Shown one piece after another: positions 49,801 to 62,873 of a stretch of 64,000 bases of DNA (within the stretch, counting starts at the first letter, position 1; every line of letters begins with the position of its first letter). The position numbers and the translations under genes are program-made. The stretch lies in assembly GCA_964016885.1 (NCBI GenBank), contig OZ024744.1:134788001-134852000 (forward strand), in the 5' to 3' direction. This DNA is from Eledone cirrhosa. Lineage: Eukaryota. The notes below the pieces were generated by a model, which saw only the letters and a list, made by a program, of their open reading frames with translations, made no database searches and was not told the DNA's origin.

Positions 49801-50495
49801 AGTTAAGTTGGGGTTAAGTTAAGTTGGGGTTTATTTAAGTTGGGGTTAAGTTAAGTTGGGGTTCAGTTAAGTTGGGGTTCAGTTAAGTTGGGGTTAAGTT
49901 AAGTTGGGGTTAAGATGGGGTTAAATTACGTTGGAGTTAAGTTAAGTTCGGGTTAAGTTAAGTTGGGGTTAAGTTAAGTTGGGGTTAAGTTAAGTCGGGG
50001 TTAATTTAAGTCGGGGTTAAGTTAAGTTAGGGTTCAGTTAAGTTGGGGTTAAGTTAAGTTGGGGTTGAGTTAAGATGGGGTTCAGTTAAATTGGGGTTAA
50101 GTTAAGTTGCAGTTAAGTTAAGTTGAGGTTAAGTTAAGGTGCAGTTAAGTTAAGTTGGGGTTAAGTTAAGTTGGGGCTAAGTTAAGTTGGGGCTAAGTTA
50201 AGTTGGGGCTAAGTTAAGTTGGGGTTAAGTTAAGTTGGGGTTAAGTTAAGTCGGGGTTAAGTTAAGTTGGGGTTAAGTTAAGTTGGGGTTAATTTAAGTT
50301 GGGGTTAAGTTAAGTTGGGGTTAAGTTAAGTTGGGTTTAAGTTAAGTTGGGGTTAAGTTAAGTTGGGGTTAAGTTAAGTTGGGGTTAAGTTAAGTTGGTT
50401 AGTTAAGTTGAGTTTAAGTTAAGTTGGGGTTAATTTAAGTTGGGGTTAAGTTAAGTTGGGGTTAAGTTAAGTTGGGGTTAAGATAAGTTGGGGTT

Positions 50496-50666
50496 AACCC
50501 CAACTTAACCCCAACTTCACTCAACCCCAACGTAACTCAACCCCAACTTAACTTAACCCCAACTTCACTCAACCCCAACTTAACTTAACCCCAACTTCAC
50601 TCAACACCAACTTCCAACTTGACTTAACCCCAACTTAACTTAGCCCCAACTTAACTTAAGCCCAAA
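50496..50666 (-). repeat. Inverted cassette 22 (class B)
   Basis: Starts with an 11-bp unit; CAACACC variant. Confidence 0.95.
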
Positions 50667-52419
50667 GTCGGGGTTAAGTTAAGTTGGCGTTAAGTTAAGT
50701 TGGCGTTAAGTTAAGTTAGGCTTAACTTAAGTTGGGGTTCAGTTAAGTTGGGGGTAAGTTAAGTTGGGAGTAAGTTAAGTTGGGGGTAAGTTAAGTTGGG
50801 GTTAAGTTAAGTTGCGGTTAAGTTGGGGTTAAGTTAAGTTAGGGTTAAGTTAAGTTGGGGTTGAGTTAAGTTGGGGTTAATTAAGTGGTGGTTATGTTAA
50901 GTTGGGGTTAAGTTAAGTTGGGGTTAATTTAAATTGGGGTTAAGTTAACTTTGTGGTTAAGTTAAGTTGGGGTTAAGTTAAGTTGGGGTAAAGTTGGGGT
51001 TGAGTTAAGTTGGGGTTGAGTGAAGTTGGGGTTAAGTTAAGTTGGGGTTAAGTTAAGTTGGGGTTAAGATAAGTCGGGGTTAAGTTAAGTTGTGGTTGAT
51101 TTAAGTTGGGGTTAATTTAAGTTGGGGCTAAGTTAATTTGTGGTTAAGTTAAGTTAGGGTTAAGTTAAGTTGGGGTTAAGTTAAGTTGGGGTTGAGTTAA
51201 GTTGGGGTTGAGTTAATTTGGGGTTAAGTTAAGTTGGGGTTAAGTTAAGTTGGGTTTAAGTTAAGTTGGGGTTAAATTAAGTTGGGGTTAAATTAAGTTG
51301 GGGTTAAGTTAAGTTGGGGGTAAGTTAAGTTGGGGGCAAGTTAATTTGGGGTTAATTTAAGTTGGGGGCAAGTTAATTTGGGGTTAATTTAAGTTGGGGT
51401 TAAATTAAGTTGTGGTTACGTTAAGTTGGTGTTAAGTTAAGTTGGGGTTAATTTAAGTTGGGGTTGAGTTAAGTTGGGGTTAAGTTAAGTTGGGGTTATA
51501 TTAAGTTGGGGTTAAGTTAAGTTGGGGTTCAGTTAAGTTGGGGTTAAGTTAAGTTGGGGTTAAGTAAAGTTGAGGTTAAGTTAAGTTGGGGTTAAGTTAA
51601 GTTGGTGTTAAGTTAAGTTGGGGCTAAGTTAAGTTGGGGTTGAGTTAAGTTGGGGTTAAGTTGGGGTTAAGTTAAGTTAGGTTTAAGTTAAGTTGGGGTT
51701 AAGTTAAGTTGGGGTTAAGTTAAGTTGTGGTTAAGTTAAGTTGGGGTTAAGTTAAGTTGGGGTTAAGTTAAGTCGGGGTTAAGTTAAGTTGGGGTTAATT
51801 TAAGTTGGGGTTAATTTAAGTTGGGGTTAAGTTAAGTTGGGGTTAAGTTAATTGGGGTTAAGTTAAGTTGGGGTTAAGTTAAGTTGAGGTTAAGTTAAGT
51901 TGGGGTTAAATTAAGTTTGGGTTAAGTTAAGTTGGGGTTAAGTTAAGTTGGGGTTAAGTTAAGTTGGGGTTAAGTTAAGTTGGGGTTAAGTTAAGTTGGG
52001 GTTAAGTTAAGTTGGGGCTAAGTTAAGTTGGGGCTGAGTTAAGTTGGAGTTAAGTTAAGTTGGGGTTAAGTTAAGTTGGGGTTAAGTTAAGTTGGGGTTA
52101 ATTTAAGTTGGGGTTAAGTTAAGTTGCGGGTAATTTAAGTTGGGGTTAAGTTAAGTTGGGGTTAAGTTAAGTTGGGGTTAAGTTAAGTTGGGGTTAAGTT
52201 AAGTTGGGGCTAATTTAAGTTGGGGCTGAGTTAAGTTGGGGTTAAGTTAAGTTGGGGTTAAGTTAAGTTGGGATTAAGTTAAGTTGGGGTTAAGTTAAGT
52301 TGGGGTTTATTTAAGTTGGGGTTAAGTTAAGTTGGGGTTCAGTTAAGTTGGGGTTCAGTTAAGTTGGGGTTAAGTTAAGTTGGGGTTAAGTTAAGTTGGG
52401 GTTAAGATAAGTTGGGGTT

Positions 52420-52595
52420 AACCCCAACTTAACTTAACCCCAACTTCACTCAACCCCAACGTAACTCAACCCCAACTTAACTTAACCCCAACTTCACTCA
52501 ACCCCAACTTAACTTAACCCCAACTTCACTCAACCCCAACTTCCAACTTGACTTAACCCCAACTTAACTTAGCCCCAACTTAACTTAAGCCCAAA
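52420..52595 (-). repeat. Inverted cassette 23 (class B)
   Basis: Same junctions. Confidence 0.95.
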
Positions 52596-54500
52596 GTCGG
52601 GGTTAAGTTAAGTTGGCGTTAAGTTAAGTTGGCGTTAAGTTAAGTTAGGCTTAACTTAAGTTGGGGTTCAGTTAAGTTTGGGGTAAGTTAAGTTAGGGGT
52701 AAGTTAAGTTGGGGGTAAGTTAAGTTGGGGTTAAGTTAAGTTGCGGTTAAGTTGGGGTTAAGTTAAGTTAGGGTTAAGTTAAGTTGGGGTTGAGTTAAGT
52801 TGGGGTTAATTAAGTGGTGGTTATGTTAAGTTGGGGTTAAGTTAAGTTGGGGTTAATTTAAATTGGGGTTAAGTTAACTTTGTGGTTAAGTTAAGTTGGG
52901 GTTAAGTTAAGTTGGGGTAAAGTTGGGGTTGAGTTAAGTTGGGGTTGAGTGAAGTTGGGGTTAAGTTAAGTTGGGGTTAAGTTAAGTTGGGGTTAAGATA
53001 AGTCGGGGTTAAGTTAAGTTGTGGTTGATTTAAGTTGGGGTTAATTTAAGTTGGGGCTAAGTTAATTTGTGGTTAAGTTAAGTTAGGGTTAAGTTAAGTT
53101 GGGGTTAAGTTAAGTTGGGGTTGAGTTAAGTTGGGGTTGAGTTAATTTGGGGTTAAGTTAAGTTGGGGTTAAGTTAAGTTGGGTTTAAGTTAAGTTGGGG
53201 GCAAGTTAATTTGGGGTTAATTTAAGTTGGGGTTAAATTAAGTTGTGGTTACGTTAAGTTGGTGTTAAGTTAAGTTGGGGTTAATTTAAGTTGGGGTTAA
53301 TTAAGTTGGGGTTAAGTTAAGTTGGTGTTAAGTTAAGTTGGGGTTAATTTAAGTTGGGGTTGAGTTAAGTTGGGGTTAAGTTAAGTAGGGGTTATATTAA
53401 GTTGGGGTTAAGTTAAGTTGGGGTTCAGTTAAGTTGGGGTTAAGTTAAGTTGGGGTTAAGTTAAGTTGAGGTTAAGTTAAGTTGGGGTTAAGTTAAGTTG
53501 GTGTTAAGTTAAGTTGGGGCTAAGTTAAGTTGGGGTTGAGTTAAGTTGGGGTTAAGTTGGGGTTAAGTTAAGTTAGGTTTAAGTTAAGTTGGGGTTAAGT
53601 TAAGTTGGGGTTAAATTAAGTTGGGGTTAAGTTAAGTTGGGGTTAAGTTAAGTTGGGGTTGAGTTAAGTTGGGGATAAGTTAAGTTGGGGATAATTTAAG
53701 TTGGGGTTAAGTTAAGTTGGGTTTAAGTTAAGTTGGGGTTAAGTTAAGTTGGGGTTAAGTTAAGTTGGGGTTAAGTTAAGTTGGGGTTAAGTTAAGTTGG
53801 GGCTAAGTTAAGTTGGGGCTGAGTTAAGTTGGGGTTAAGTTAAATTGGGGTTAAGTTAAGTTGGGGTTAAGTTAAGTTGGGGTTAAGTTAAGTTGGGGTT
53901 TATTTAAGTTGGGGTTAAGATGGGGTTAAATTAAGTTGGGGTTAAGTTAAGTTGGGGTTAAGTTAAGTTGGGGTTAAGCTAAGTTGGGGTTAAGTTCAGT
54001 CGGGGTTAAGTTAAGTCGGGGTTAAGTTAAGTTAGGGTTCAGTTAAGTTGGGGTTAAGTTAAGTTGGGGTTGAGTTAAGTTGGGGTTGAGTTAAGTTGGG
54101 GGTAAGTTAAGTTGGGGTTAAGTTAAGTTGCAGTTAAGTTAAGTTGAGGTTAAGTTAAGGTGCGGTTAAGTTAAGTTGGGGTTAAGTTAAGTTGGGGCTA
54201 AGTTAAGTTGGGGCTAAGTTAAGTTGGGGCTAAGTTAAGTTTGGGTTAAGTTAAGTCGGGGTTAAGTTAAGTTGGGGTTAAGTTAAGTTGGGGTTAACTT
54301 AAGTTGGGGTTAAGTTAAGTTGGGGTTAAGTTAAGTTGGGGTTAAGTTAAGTTGGGGTTGAGTTAAGTTGGGTTTAAGTTAAGTTGGGGTTAAGTTAAGT
54401 TGGTTAGTTAAGTTGAGTTTAAGTTAAGTTGGGGTTAATTTAAGTTGGGGTTAAGTTAAGTTGGGGTTAAGTTAAGTTGGGGTTAAGTTAAGTTGGGTTT

Positions 54501-54701
54501 AACCCCAACTTAACTTAAACCCAACTTCACTCAACCCCAACGTAACTCAACCCCAACTTAACTTAACCCCAACTTCACTCAACCCCAACTTAACTTAACC
54601 CCAACTTCACTCAACACCAACTTAAGTCAACCCCAACTTAACTTAACCCCAACTTGACTTAACCCCAACTTAAATTAGCCCCAACTTAACTTAAGCCCAA
54701 A
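54501..54701 (-). repeat. Inverted cassette 24 (copy of 21)
   Basis: Same private variants as cassette 21. Confidence 0.95.
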
Positions 54702-57700
54702 GTCGGGGTTAAGTTAAGTTGGCGTTATGTTAAGTCAGGCTTAACTTAAGTTGGGGTTCAGTTAAGTTGGGGGTAAGTTAAGTTGCGGGTAAGTTAAGTT
54801 GGGGTTAAGTTAAGTTGCGGTTAAGTTGGGGTTAAGTTAAGTTAGGGTTAAGTTAAGTTGGGGTTGAGTTAAGTTGGGGTTAATTAAGTGGTGGTTATGT
54901 TAAGTTGGGGTTAATTTAAATTGGGGTTAAGTTGACTTTGTGGTTAAGTTAAGTTGGGGTTAAGTTAAGTTGGGGTTAAGTTGGGGTTGAGTTAAGTTGG
55001 GGTTGAGTGAAGTTGGGGTTAAGTTAAGTTGGGGTAAAGTTAAGTTGGGGTTAAGTTAAGTCGGGGTTAAGTTAAGTTGTGGTTGAGTTAAGTTGGGGTT
55101 AATTTAAGTTGGGGCTAAGTTAATTTGTGGTTAAGTTAAGTTGGGGTTAAGTTAAGTTGGGGTTAAGTTAAGTTGGGGTTGAGTTAAGTTGGGGTTGAGT
55201 TAAGTTGGGGTTAAGTTAAGTTGGGGTCAAGTTAAGTTGGGGTTAAGTTGGGGTTAAGTTAAGTTAGGTTTAAGTTAAGTTGGGGTTAAGTTAAGTTGGG
55301 GTTAAGTTAAGTTGGGGTTAAGTTAAGTTGGGGTTAAGTTAAGTTGGGGTTAAGTTAATTTGTGGTTAAGTTAAGTTGGGGTTAAGTTAAGTTGGGGTTA
55401 AGTTAAGTCGGGGTTAAGTTAAGTTGGGGTTAAGTTAAGTTTGGGTTAATTTAAGTTGGGGTTAAGTTAAGTTGGGGTTAAATTAAGTTGGGGTTAAGTT
55501 AAGTTGGGGTTTAGTTAAGTTGGTGTTAAGTTAAGTTGGGGCTAAGTTAAGTTGGGGCTGAGTTAAGTTGGGGCTGAGTTAAGTTGTGGTTAAGTTAAGT
55601 TGGGGTTAAGTTAAGTTGGGGTTAAGTTAAGTCGGGGTTAAATTAAGTTGGGGTTAAGTTAAGTTGGGGTTAATTTAAGTTGGGGTTAAGTTATGTTGGG
55701 GTTAAGTTAATTGGGGTTAAGTTAAGTTGGGGTTAAGTTAAGTTGAGGTTAAGTTAAGTTAGGGTTAAATTAAGTTGGGGTTAAGTTAAGTTGGGGTTAA
55801 GTTAAGTTGGGTTAAGTTAAGTTGGGGATAAGTTAAGTTGGGGATAATTTAAGTTGGGGTTAAGTTAAGTTGGGTTTAAGTTAAGTTGGGGTTAAGTTAA
55901 GTTGGGGCTAAGTTAAGTTGGGGCTAAGTTAAGTTGGGGTTAAGTTAAGTTGGGGTTAAGTTAAGTCGGGGTTAAGTTAAGTTGGGGTTAAGTTAAGTTG
56001 GGGTTAATTTAAGTTGGGGTTGAGTTAAGTTGGTGTTGAGTTAAGTTGGGGTTAAGTTAAGTTGGGGTTAAGTTAAGTTGCAGTTAAGTTAAGTTGAGGT
56101 TAAGTTAAGGTGCGGTTAAGTTAAGTTGGGGTTAAGTTAAGTTGGGGCTAAGTTAAGTTGGGGCTAAGTTACGTTGGGGTTAAGTTAAGTTGGGGTTAAG
56201 TTAAGTCGGGGTTAATTTAAGTTGGGGTTAAGTTAAGTTGGGGTTAATTTAAGTTGGGGTTAAGTTAATTTGGGGTTAAGTTAAGTTGGGGTTAAGTTAA
56301 GTTGGGGTTAAGTTAAGTTGGGTTTAAGTTAAGTTGGGGTTAAGTTAAGTTGGGGTTGAGTTAAGTTGGGGCTGAGTTAATTTGGGGTTAAGTTAAGTTG
56401 GGGTTAAGTTAAGTTGGGTTTAAGTTAAGTTGGGGTTAAATTAAGTTGGGGTTAAATTAAGTTGGGGTTAAGTTAAGTTGGGGGTAAGTTAAGTTGGGGG
56501 CAAGTTAAGTTGGGGTTAATTTAAGTTGGGGTTAAATTAAGTTGGGGTTACGTTAAGTTGGTGTTAAGTTAAGTTGGGGTTAATTTAAGTTGGGGTTAAT
56601 TAAGTTGGGGTTAAGTTAAGTTGGGGTTAAGTTAAGTTGGGGTTAATTTAAGTTGGGGTTGAGTTAAGTTGGGGTTAAGTTAAGTTGGGGTTATATTAAG
56701 TTGGGGTTAAGTTAAGTTGGGGTTCAGTTAAGTTGGGGTTAAGTTAAGTTGGGGTTAAGTTAAGTTGAGGTTAAGTTAAGTTGGGGTTAAGTTAAGTTGG
56801 TGTTAAGTTAAGTTGGGGCTAAGTTAAGTTGGGGTTGAGTTAAGTTGGGGTTAAGTTGGGGTTAAGTTAAGTTAGGTTTAAGTTAAGTTGGGGTTTAGTT
56901 AAGTTGGGGTTAAGTTAAGTTGTGGTTAAGTTAAGTTGGGGTTAAGTTAAGTTGGGGTTAAGTTAAGTCGGGGTTAAGTTAAGTTGGGGTTAATTTAAGT
57001 TGGGGTTAATTTAAGTTGGGGTTAAGTTAAGTTGGGGTTAAGTTAAGTTGGGGTTAAGTTAATTGGGGTTAAGTTAAGTTGGGGTTAAGTTAAGTTGAGG
57101 TTAAGTTAAGTTGGGGTTAAATTAAGTTTGGGTTAAGTTAAGTTGGGGTTAAGTTAAGTTGGGGTTAAGTTAAGTTGGGGATAAGTTAAGTTGGGGATAA
57201 TTTAAGTTGGGGTTAAGTTAAGTTGGGTTAAATTAAGTTGGGGTTAAGTTAAGTTGGGGTTAAGTTAAGTTGGGGTTAAGTTAAGTTGGGGTTAAGTTAA
57301 GTTGGGGCTAAGTTAAGTTGGGGCTGAGTTAAGTTGGAGTTCAGTTAAGTTGGGGTTAAGTTAAGTTGGGGTTAAGTTAAGTTGGGGTTAATTTAAGTTG
57401 GGGTTAAGTTAAGTTGCGGGTAATTTAAGTTGGGGTTAAGTTAAGTTGGGGTTAAGTTAAGTTGGGGTTAAGTTAAGTTGGGGTTAAGTTAAGTTGGGGC
57501 TAATTTAAGTTGGGGCTGAGTTAAGTTGGGGTTAAGTTAAGTTGGGGTTAAGTTAAGTTGGGATTAAGTTAAGTTGGGGTTAAGTTAAGTTGGGGTTTAT
57601 TTAAGTTGGGGTTAAGTTAAGTTGGGGTTCAGTTAAGTTGGGGTTCAGTTAAGTTGGGGTTAAGTTAAGTTGGGGTTAAGATGGGGTTAAATTACGTTGG

Positions 57701-58261
57701 AGTTAAGTTAAGTTCGGGTTAAGTTAAGTTGGGGTTAAGTTAAGTTGGGGTTAAGTTAAGTCGGGGTTAATGTAAGTCGGGGTTAAGTTAAGTTAGGGTT
57801 CAGTTAAGTTGGGGTTAAGTTAAGTTGGGGTTGAGTTAAGATGGGGTTCAGTTAAATTGGGGTTAAGTTAAGTTGCAGTTAAGTTAAGTTGAGGTTAAGT
57901 TAAGGTGCAGTTAAGTTAAGTTGGGGTTAAGTTAAGTTGGGGCTAAGTTAAGTTGGGGCTAAGTTAAGTTGGGGCTAAGTTAAGTTGGGGTTAAGTTAAG
58001 TTGGGGTTAAGTTAAGTCGGGGTTAAGTTAAGTTGGGGTTAAGTTAAGTTGGGGTTAATTTAAGTTGGGGTTAAGTTAAGTTGGGGTTAAGTTAAGTTGG
58101 GTTTAAGTTAAGTTGGGGTTAAGTTAAGTTGGGGTTAAGTTAAGTTGGGGTTAAGTTAAGTTGGTTAGTTAAGTTGAGTTTAAGTTAAGTTGGGGTTAAT
58201 TTAAGTTGGGGTTAAGTTAAGTTGGGGTTAAGTTAAGTTGGGGTTAAGATAAGTTGGGGTT

Positions 58262-58432
58262 AACCCCAACTTAACCCCAACTTCACTCAACCCCAACGTA
58301 ACTCAACCCCAACTTAACTTAACCCCAACTTCACTCAACCCCAACTTAACTTAACCCCAACTTCACTCAACACCAACTTCCAACTTGACTTAACCCCAAC
58401 TTAACTTAGCCCCAACTTAACTTAAGCCCAAA
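58262..58432 (-). repeat. Inverted cassette 25 (copy of 22)
   Basis: Same private variants as cassette 22. Confidence 0.95.
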
Positions 58433-60152
58433 GTCGGGGTTAAGTTAAGTTGGCGTTAAGTTAAGTTGGCGTTAAGTTAAGTTAGGCTTAACTTAAGTTG
58501 GGGTTCAGTTAAGTTGGGGGTAAGTTAAGTTGGGAGTAAGTTAAGTTGGGGGTAAGTTAAATGGGGTTAAGTTAAGTTGCGGTTAAGTTGGGGTTAAGTT
58601 AAGTTAGGGTTAAGTTAAGTTGGGGTTGAGTTAAGTTGGGGTTAATTAAGTGGTGGTTATGTTAAGTTGGGGTTAAGTTAAGTTGGGGTTAATTTAAATT
58701 GGGGTTAAGTTAACTTTGTGGTTAAGTTAAGTTGGGGTTAAGTTAAGTTGGGGTAAAGTTGGGGTTGAGTTAAGTTGGGGTTGAGTGAAGTTGGGGTTAA
58801 GTTAAGTTGGGGTTAAGTTAAGTTGGGGTTAAGATAAGTCGGGGTTAAGTTAAGTTGTGGTTGATTTAAGTTGGGGTTAATTTAAGTTGGGGCTAAGTTA
58901 ATTTGTGGTTAAGTTAAGTTAGGGTTAAGTTAAGTTGGGGTTAAGTTAAGTTGGGGTTGAGTTAAGTTGGGGTTGAGTTAATTTGGGGTTAAGTTAAGTT
59001 GGGGTTAAGTTAAGTTGGGTTTAAGTTAAGTTGGGGTTAAATTAAGTTGGGGTTAAATTAAGTTGGGGTTAAGTTAAGTTGGGGGTAAGTTAAGTTGGGG
59101 GCAAGTTAATTTGGGGTTAATTTAAGTTGGGGTTAAATTAAGTTGTGGTTACGTTAAGTTGGTGTTAAGTTAAGTTGGGGTTAATTTAAGTTGGGGTTGA
59201 GTTAAGTTGGGGTTAAGTTAAGTTGGGGTTATATTAAGTTGGGGTTAAGTTAAGTTGGGGTTCAGTTAAGTTGGGGTTAAGTTAAGTTGGGGTTAAGTAA
59301 AGTTGAGGTTAAGTTAAGTTGGGGTTAAGTTAAGTTGGTGTTAAGTTAAGTTGGGGCTAAGTTAAGTTGGGGTTGAGTTAAGTTGGGGTTAAGTTGGGGT
59401 TAAGTTAAGTTAGGTTTAAGTTAAGTTGGGGTTAAGTTAAGTTGGGGTTAAGTTAAGTTGTGGTTAAGTTAAGTTGGGGTTAAGTTAAGTTGGGGTTAAG
59501 TTAAGTCGGGGTTAAGTTAAGTTGGGGTTAATTTAAGTTGGGGTTAATTTAAGTTGGGGTTAAGTTAAGTTGGGGTTAAGTTAATTGGGGTTAAGTTAAG
59601 TTGGGGTTAAGTTAAGTTGAGGTTAAGTTAAGTTGGGGTTAAATTAAGTTTGGGTTAAGTTAAGTTGGGGTTAAGTTAAGTTGGGGTTAAGTTAAGTTGG
59701 GGTTAAGTTAAGTTGGGGTTAAGTTAAGTTGGGGTTAAGTTAAGTTGGGGCTAAGTTAAGTTGGGGCTGAGTTAAGTTGGAGTTACGTTAAGTTGGGGTT
59801 AAGTTAAGTTGGGGTTAAGTTAAGTTGGGGTTAATTTAAGTTGGGGTTAAGTTAAGTTGCGGGTAATTTAAGTTGGGGTTAAGTTAAGTTGGGGTTAAGT
59901 TAAGTTGGGGTTAAGTTAAGTTGGGGTTAAGTTAAGTTGGGGCTAATTTAAGTTGGGGCTGAGTTAAGTTGGGGTTAAGTTAAGTTGGGGTTAAGTTAAG
60001 TTGGGATTAAGTTAAGTTGGGGTTAAGTTAAGTTGGGGTTTATTTAAGTTGGGGTTAAGTTAAGTTGGGGTTCAGTTAAGTTGGGGTTCAGTTAAGTTGG
60101 GGTTAAGTTAAGTTGGGGTTAAGTTAAGTTGGGGTTAAGATAAGTTGGGGTT

Positions 60153-60328
60153 AACCCCAACTTAACTTAACCCCAACTTCACTCAACCCCAACGTAACTC
60201 AACCCCAACTTAACTTAACCCCAACTTCACTCAACCCCAACTTAACTTAACCCCAACTTCACTCAACCCCAACTTCCAACTTGACTTAACCCCAACTTAA
60301 CTTAGCCCCAACTTAACTTAAGCCCAAA
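60153..60328 (-). repeat. Inverted cassette 26 (copy of 23)
   Basis: Same flanks as cassette 23 (TTTGGGGTAAG, TTAGGGGTAAG). Confidence 0.95.
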
Positions 60329-62697
60329 GTCGGGGTTAAGTTAAGTTGGCGTTAAGTTAAGTTGGCGTTAAGTTAAGTTAGGCTTAACTTAAGTTGGGGT
60401 TCAGTTAAGTTTGGGGTAAGTTAAGTTAGGGGTAAGTTAAGTTGGGGGTAAGTTAAGTTGGGGTTAAGTTAAGTTGCGGTTAAGTTGGGGTTAAGTTAAG
60501 TTAGGGTTAAGTTAAGTTGGGGTTGAGTTAAGTTGGGGTTAATTAAGTGGTGGTTATGTTAAGTTGGGGTTAAGTTAAGTTGGGGTTAATTTAAATTGGG
60601 GTTAAGTTAACTTTGTGGTTAAGTTAAGTTGGGGTTAAGTTAAGTTGGGGTAAAGTTGGGGTTGAGTTAAGTTGGGGTTGAGTGAAGTTGGGGTTAAGTT
60701 AAGTTGGGGTTAAGTTAAGTTGGGGTTAAGATAAGTCGGGGTTAAGTTAAGTTGTGGTTGATTTAAGTTGGGGTTAATTTAAGTTGGGGCTAAGTTAATT
60801 TGTGGTTAAGTTAAGTTAGGGTTAAGTTAAGTTGGGGTTAAGTTAAGTTGGGGTTGAGTTAAGTTGGGGTTGAGTTAATTTGGGGTTAAGTTAAGTTGGG
60901 GTTAAGTTAAGTTGGGTTTAAGTTAAGTTGGGGGCAAGTTAATTTGGGGTTAATTTAAGTTGGGGTTAAATTAAGTTGTGGTTACGTTAAGTTGGTGTTA
61001 AGTTAAGTTGGGGTTAATTTAAGTTGGGGTTAATTAAGTTGGGGTTAAGTTAAGTTGGTGTTAAGTTAAGTTGGGGTTAATTTAAGTTGGGGTTGAGTTA
61101 AGTTGGGGTTAAGTTAAGTAGGGGTTATATTAAGTTGGGGTTAAGTTAAGTTGGGGTTCAGTTAAGTTGGGGTTAAGTTAAGTTGGGGTTAAGTTAAGTT
61201 GAGGTTAAGTTAAGTTGGGGTTAAGTTAAGTTGGTGTTAAGTTAAGTTGGGGCTAAGTTAAGTTGGGGTTGAGTTAAGTTGGGGTTAAGTTGGGGTTAAG
61301 TTAAGTTAGGTTTAAGTTAAGTTGGGGTTAAGTTAAGTTGGGGTTAATTTAAGTTGTGGGTAAGTTAAGTTGGGGTTAAGTTAAGTTGGGGTTAAGTTAA
61401 GTCGGGGTTAAGTTAAGTTGGGGTTAATTTAAGTTGGGGTTAATTTAAGTTGGGGTTAAGTTAAGTTGGGGTTAAGTTAAGTTGGGGTTAAGTTAAGTTG
61501 GGGTTAAATTAAGTTTGGGTTAAGTTAAGTTGGGGTTAAGTTAAGTTGGGGTTAAGTTAAGTTGGGGATAAGTTAAGTTGGGGATAATTTAAGTTGGGGT
61601 TAAGTTAAGTTGGGTTTAAGTTAAGTTGGGGTTAAGTTCAGTTGGGGTTAAGTTAAGTTGGGGTTAAGTTAAGTTGGGGTTAAGTTAAGTTGGGGCTAAG
61701 TTAAGTTGGGGCTGAGTTAAGTTGGAGTTAAGTTAAGTTGGGGTTAAGTTAAGTTGGGGTTAAGTTAAGTTGGGGTTAATTTAAGTTGGGGTTAAGTTAA
61801 GTTGCGGGTAATTTAAGTTGGGGTTAAGTTAAGTTGGGGTTAAGTTAAGTTGGGGTTAAGTTAAGTTGGGGTTAAGTTAAGTTGGGGCTAATTTAAGTTG
61901 GGGCTGAGTTAAGTTGGGGTTAAGTTAAGTTGGGGTTAAGTTAAGTTGGGATTAAGTTAAGTTGGGGTTAAGTTAAGTTGGGGTTTATTTAAGTTGGGGT
62001 TAAGTTAAGTTGGGGTTCAGTTAAGTTGGGGTTCAGTTAAGTTGGGGTTAAGTTAAGTTGGGGTTAAGATGGGGTTAAATTACGTTGGAGTTAAGTTAAG
62101 TTGGGGTTAAGTTAAGTTGGGGTTAAGTTAAGTTGGGGTTAAGTTAAGTCGGGGTTAATTTAAGTCGGGGTTAGGTTAAGTTAGGGTTCAGTTAAGTTGG
62201 GGTTAAGTTAAGTTGGGGTTGAGTTAAGATGGGGTTCAGTTAAATTGGGGTTGAGTTAAGTTGGGGTTGAGTTAAGTTGGTGTTGAGTTAAGTTGGGGTT
62301 AAGTTAAATTGGGGTTAAGTTAAGTTGCAGTTAAGTTAAGTTGAGGTTAAGTTAAGGTGCGGTTAAGTTAAGTTGGGGTTAAGTTAAGTTGGGGCTAAGT
62401 TAAGTTGGGGCTAAGTTAAGTTGGGGTTAATTTAAGTTGGGGTTAAGTTAAGTCGGGGTTAAGTTAAGTTGGGGTAAAGTTAAGTTGGGGTTAAGTTAAG
62501 TCGGGGTTAAGTTAAGTTGTGGTTGAGTTAAGTTGGGGTTAATTTAAGTTGGGGCTAAGTTAAGTTGGGGTTAAGTTAAGTTGGGGTTAAGTTAAGTTGG
62601 TTAGTTAAGTTGAGTTTAAGTTAAGTTGGGGTTAATTTAAGTTGGGGTTAAGTTAAGTTGGGGTTAAGTTAAGTTGGGGTTAAGTTAAGTTGGGGTT

Positions 62698-62873
62698 AAC
62701 CCCAACTTAACTTAACCCCAACTTCACTCAACCCCAACGTAACTCAACCCCAACTTAACTTAACCCCAACTTCACTCAACCCCAACTTAACTTAACCCCA
62801 ACTTCACTCAACCCCAACTTCCAACTTGACTTAACCCCAGCTTAACTTAGCCCCAACTTAACTTAAGCCCAAA
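62698..62873 (-). repeat. Inverted cassette 27 (class B)
   Basis: Same junctions. Confidence 0.95.

Larger units (their letters stand above)
45730..61345 (+). repeat. ~7.7-7.9 kb tandem duplication (~45730-53600 vs ~53600-61345)
   Basis: Cassette pairs 21/24 (+7873), 22/25 (+7766) and 23/26 (+7733); private variants GGTGCAG, GGGAGTAAG and AAGTAGGGGTTATATT recur in order. Confidence 0.88.

Noticed and set aside
986-62873. CRISPR-like array (conserved cassette with variable intervals)
   Set aside because: The intervals are kb-long, made of the same monomer and duplicated. There are no unique spacers, leader or cas genes.
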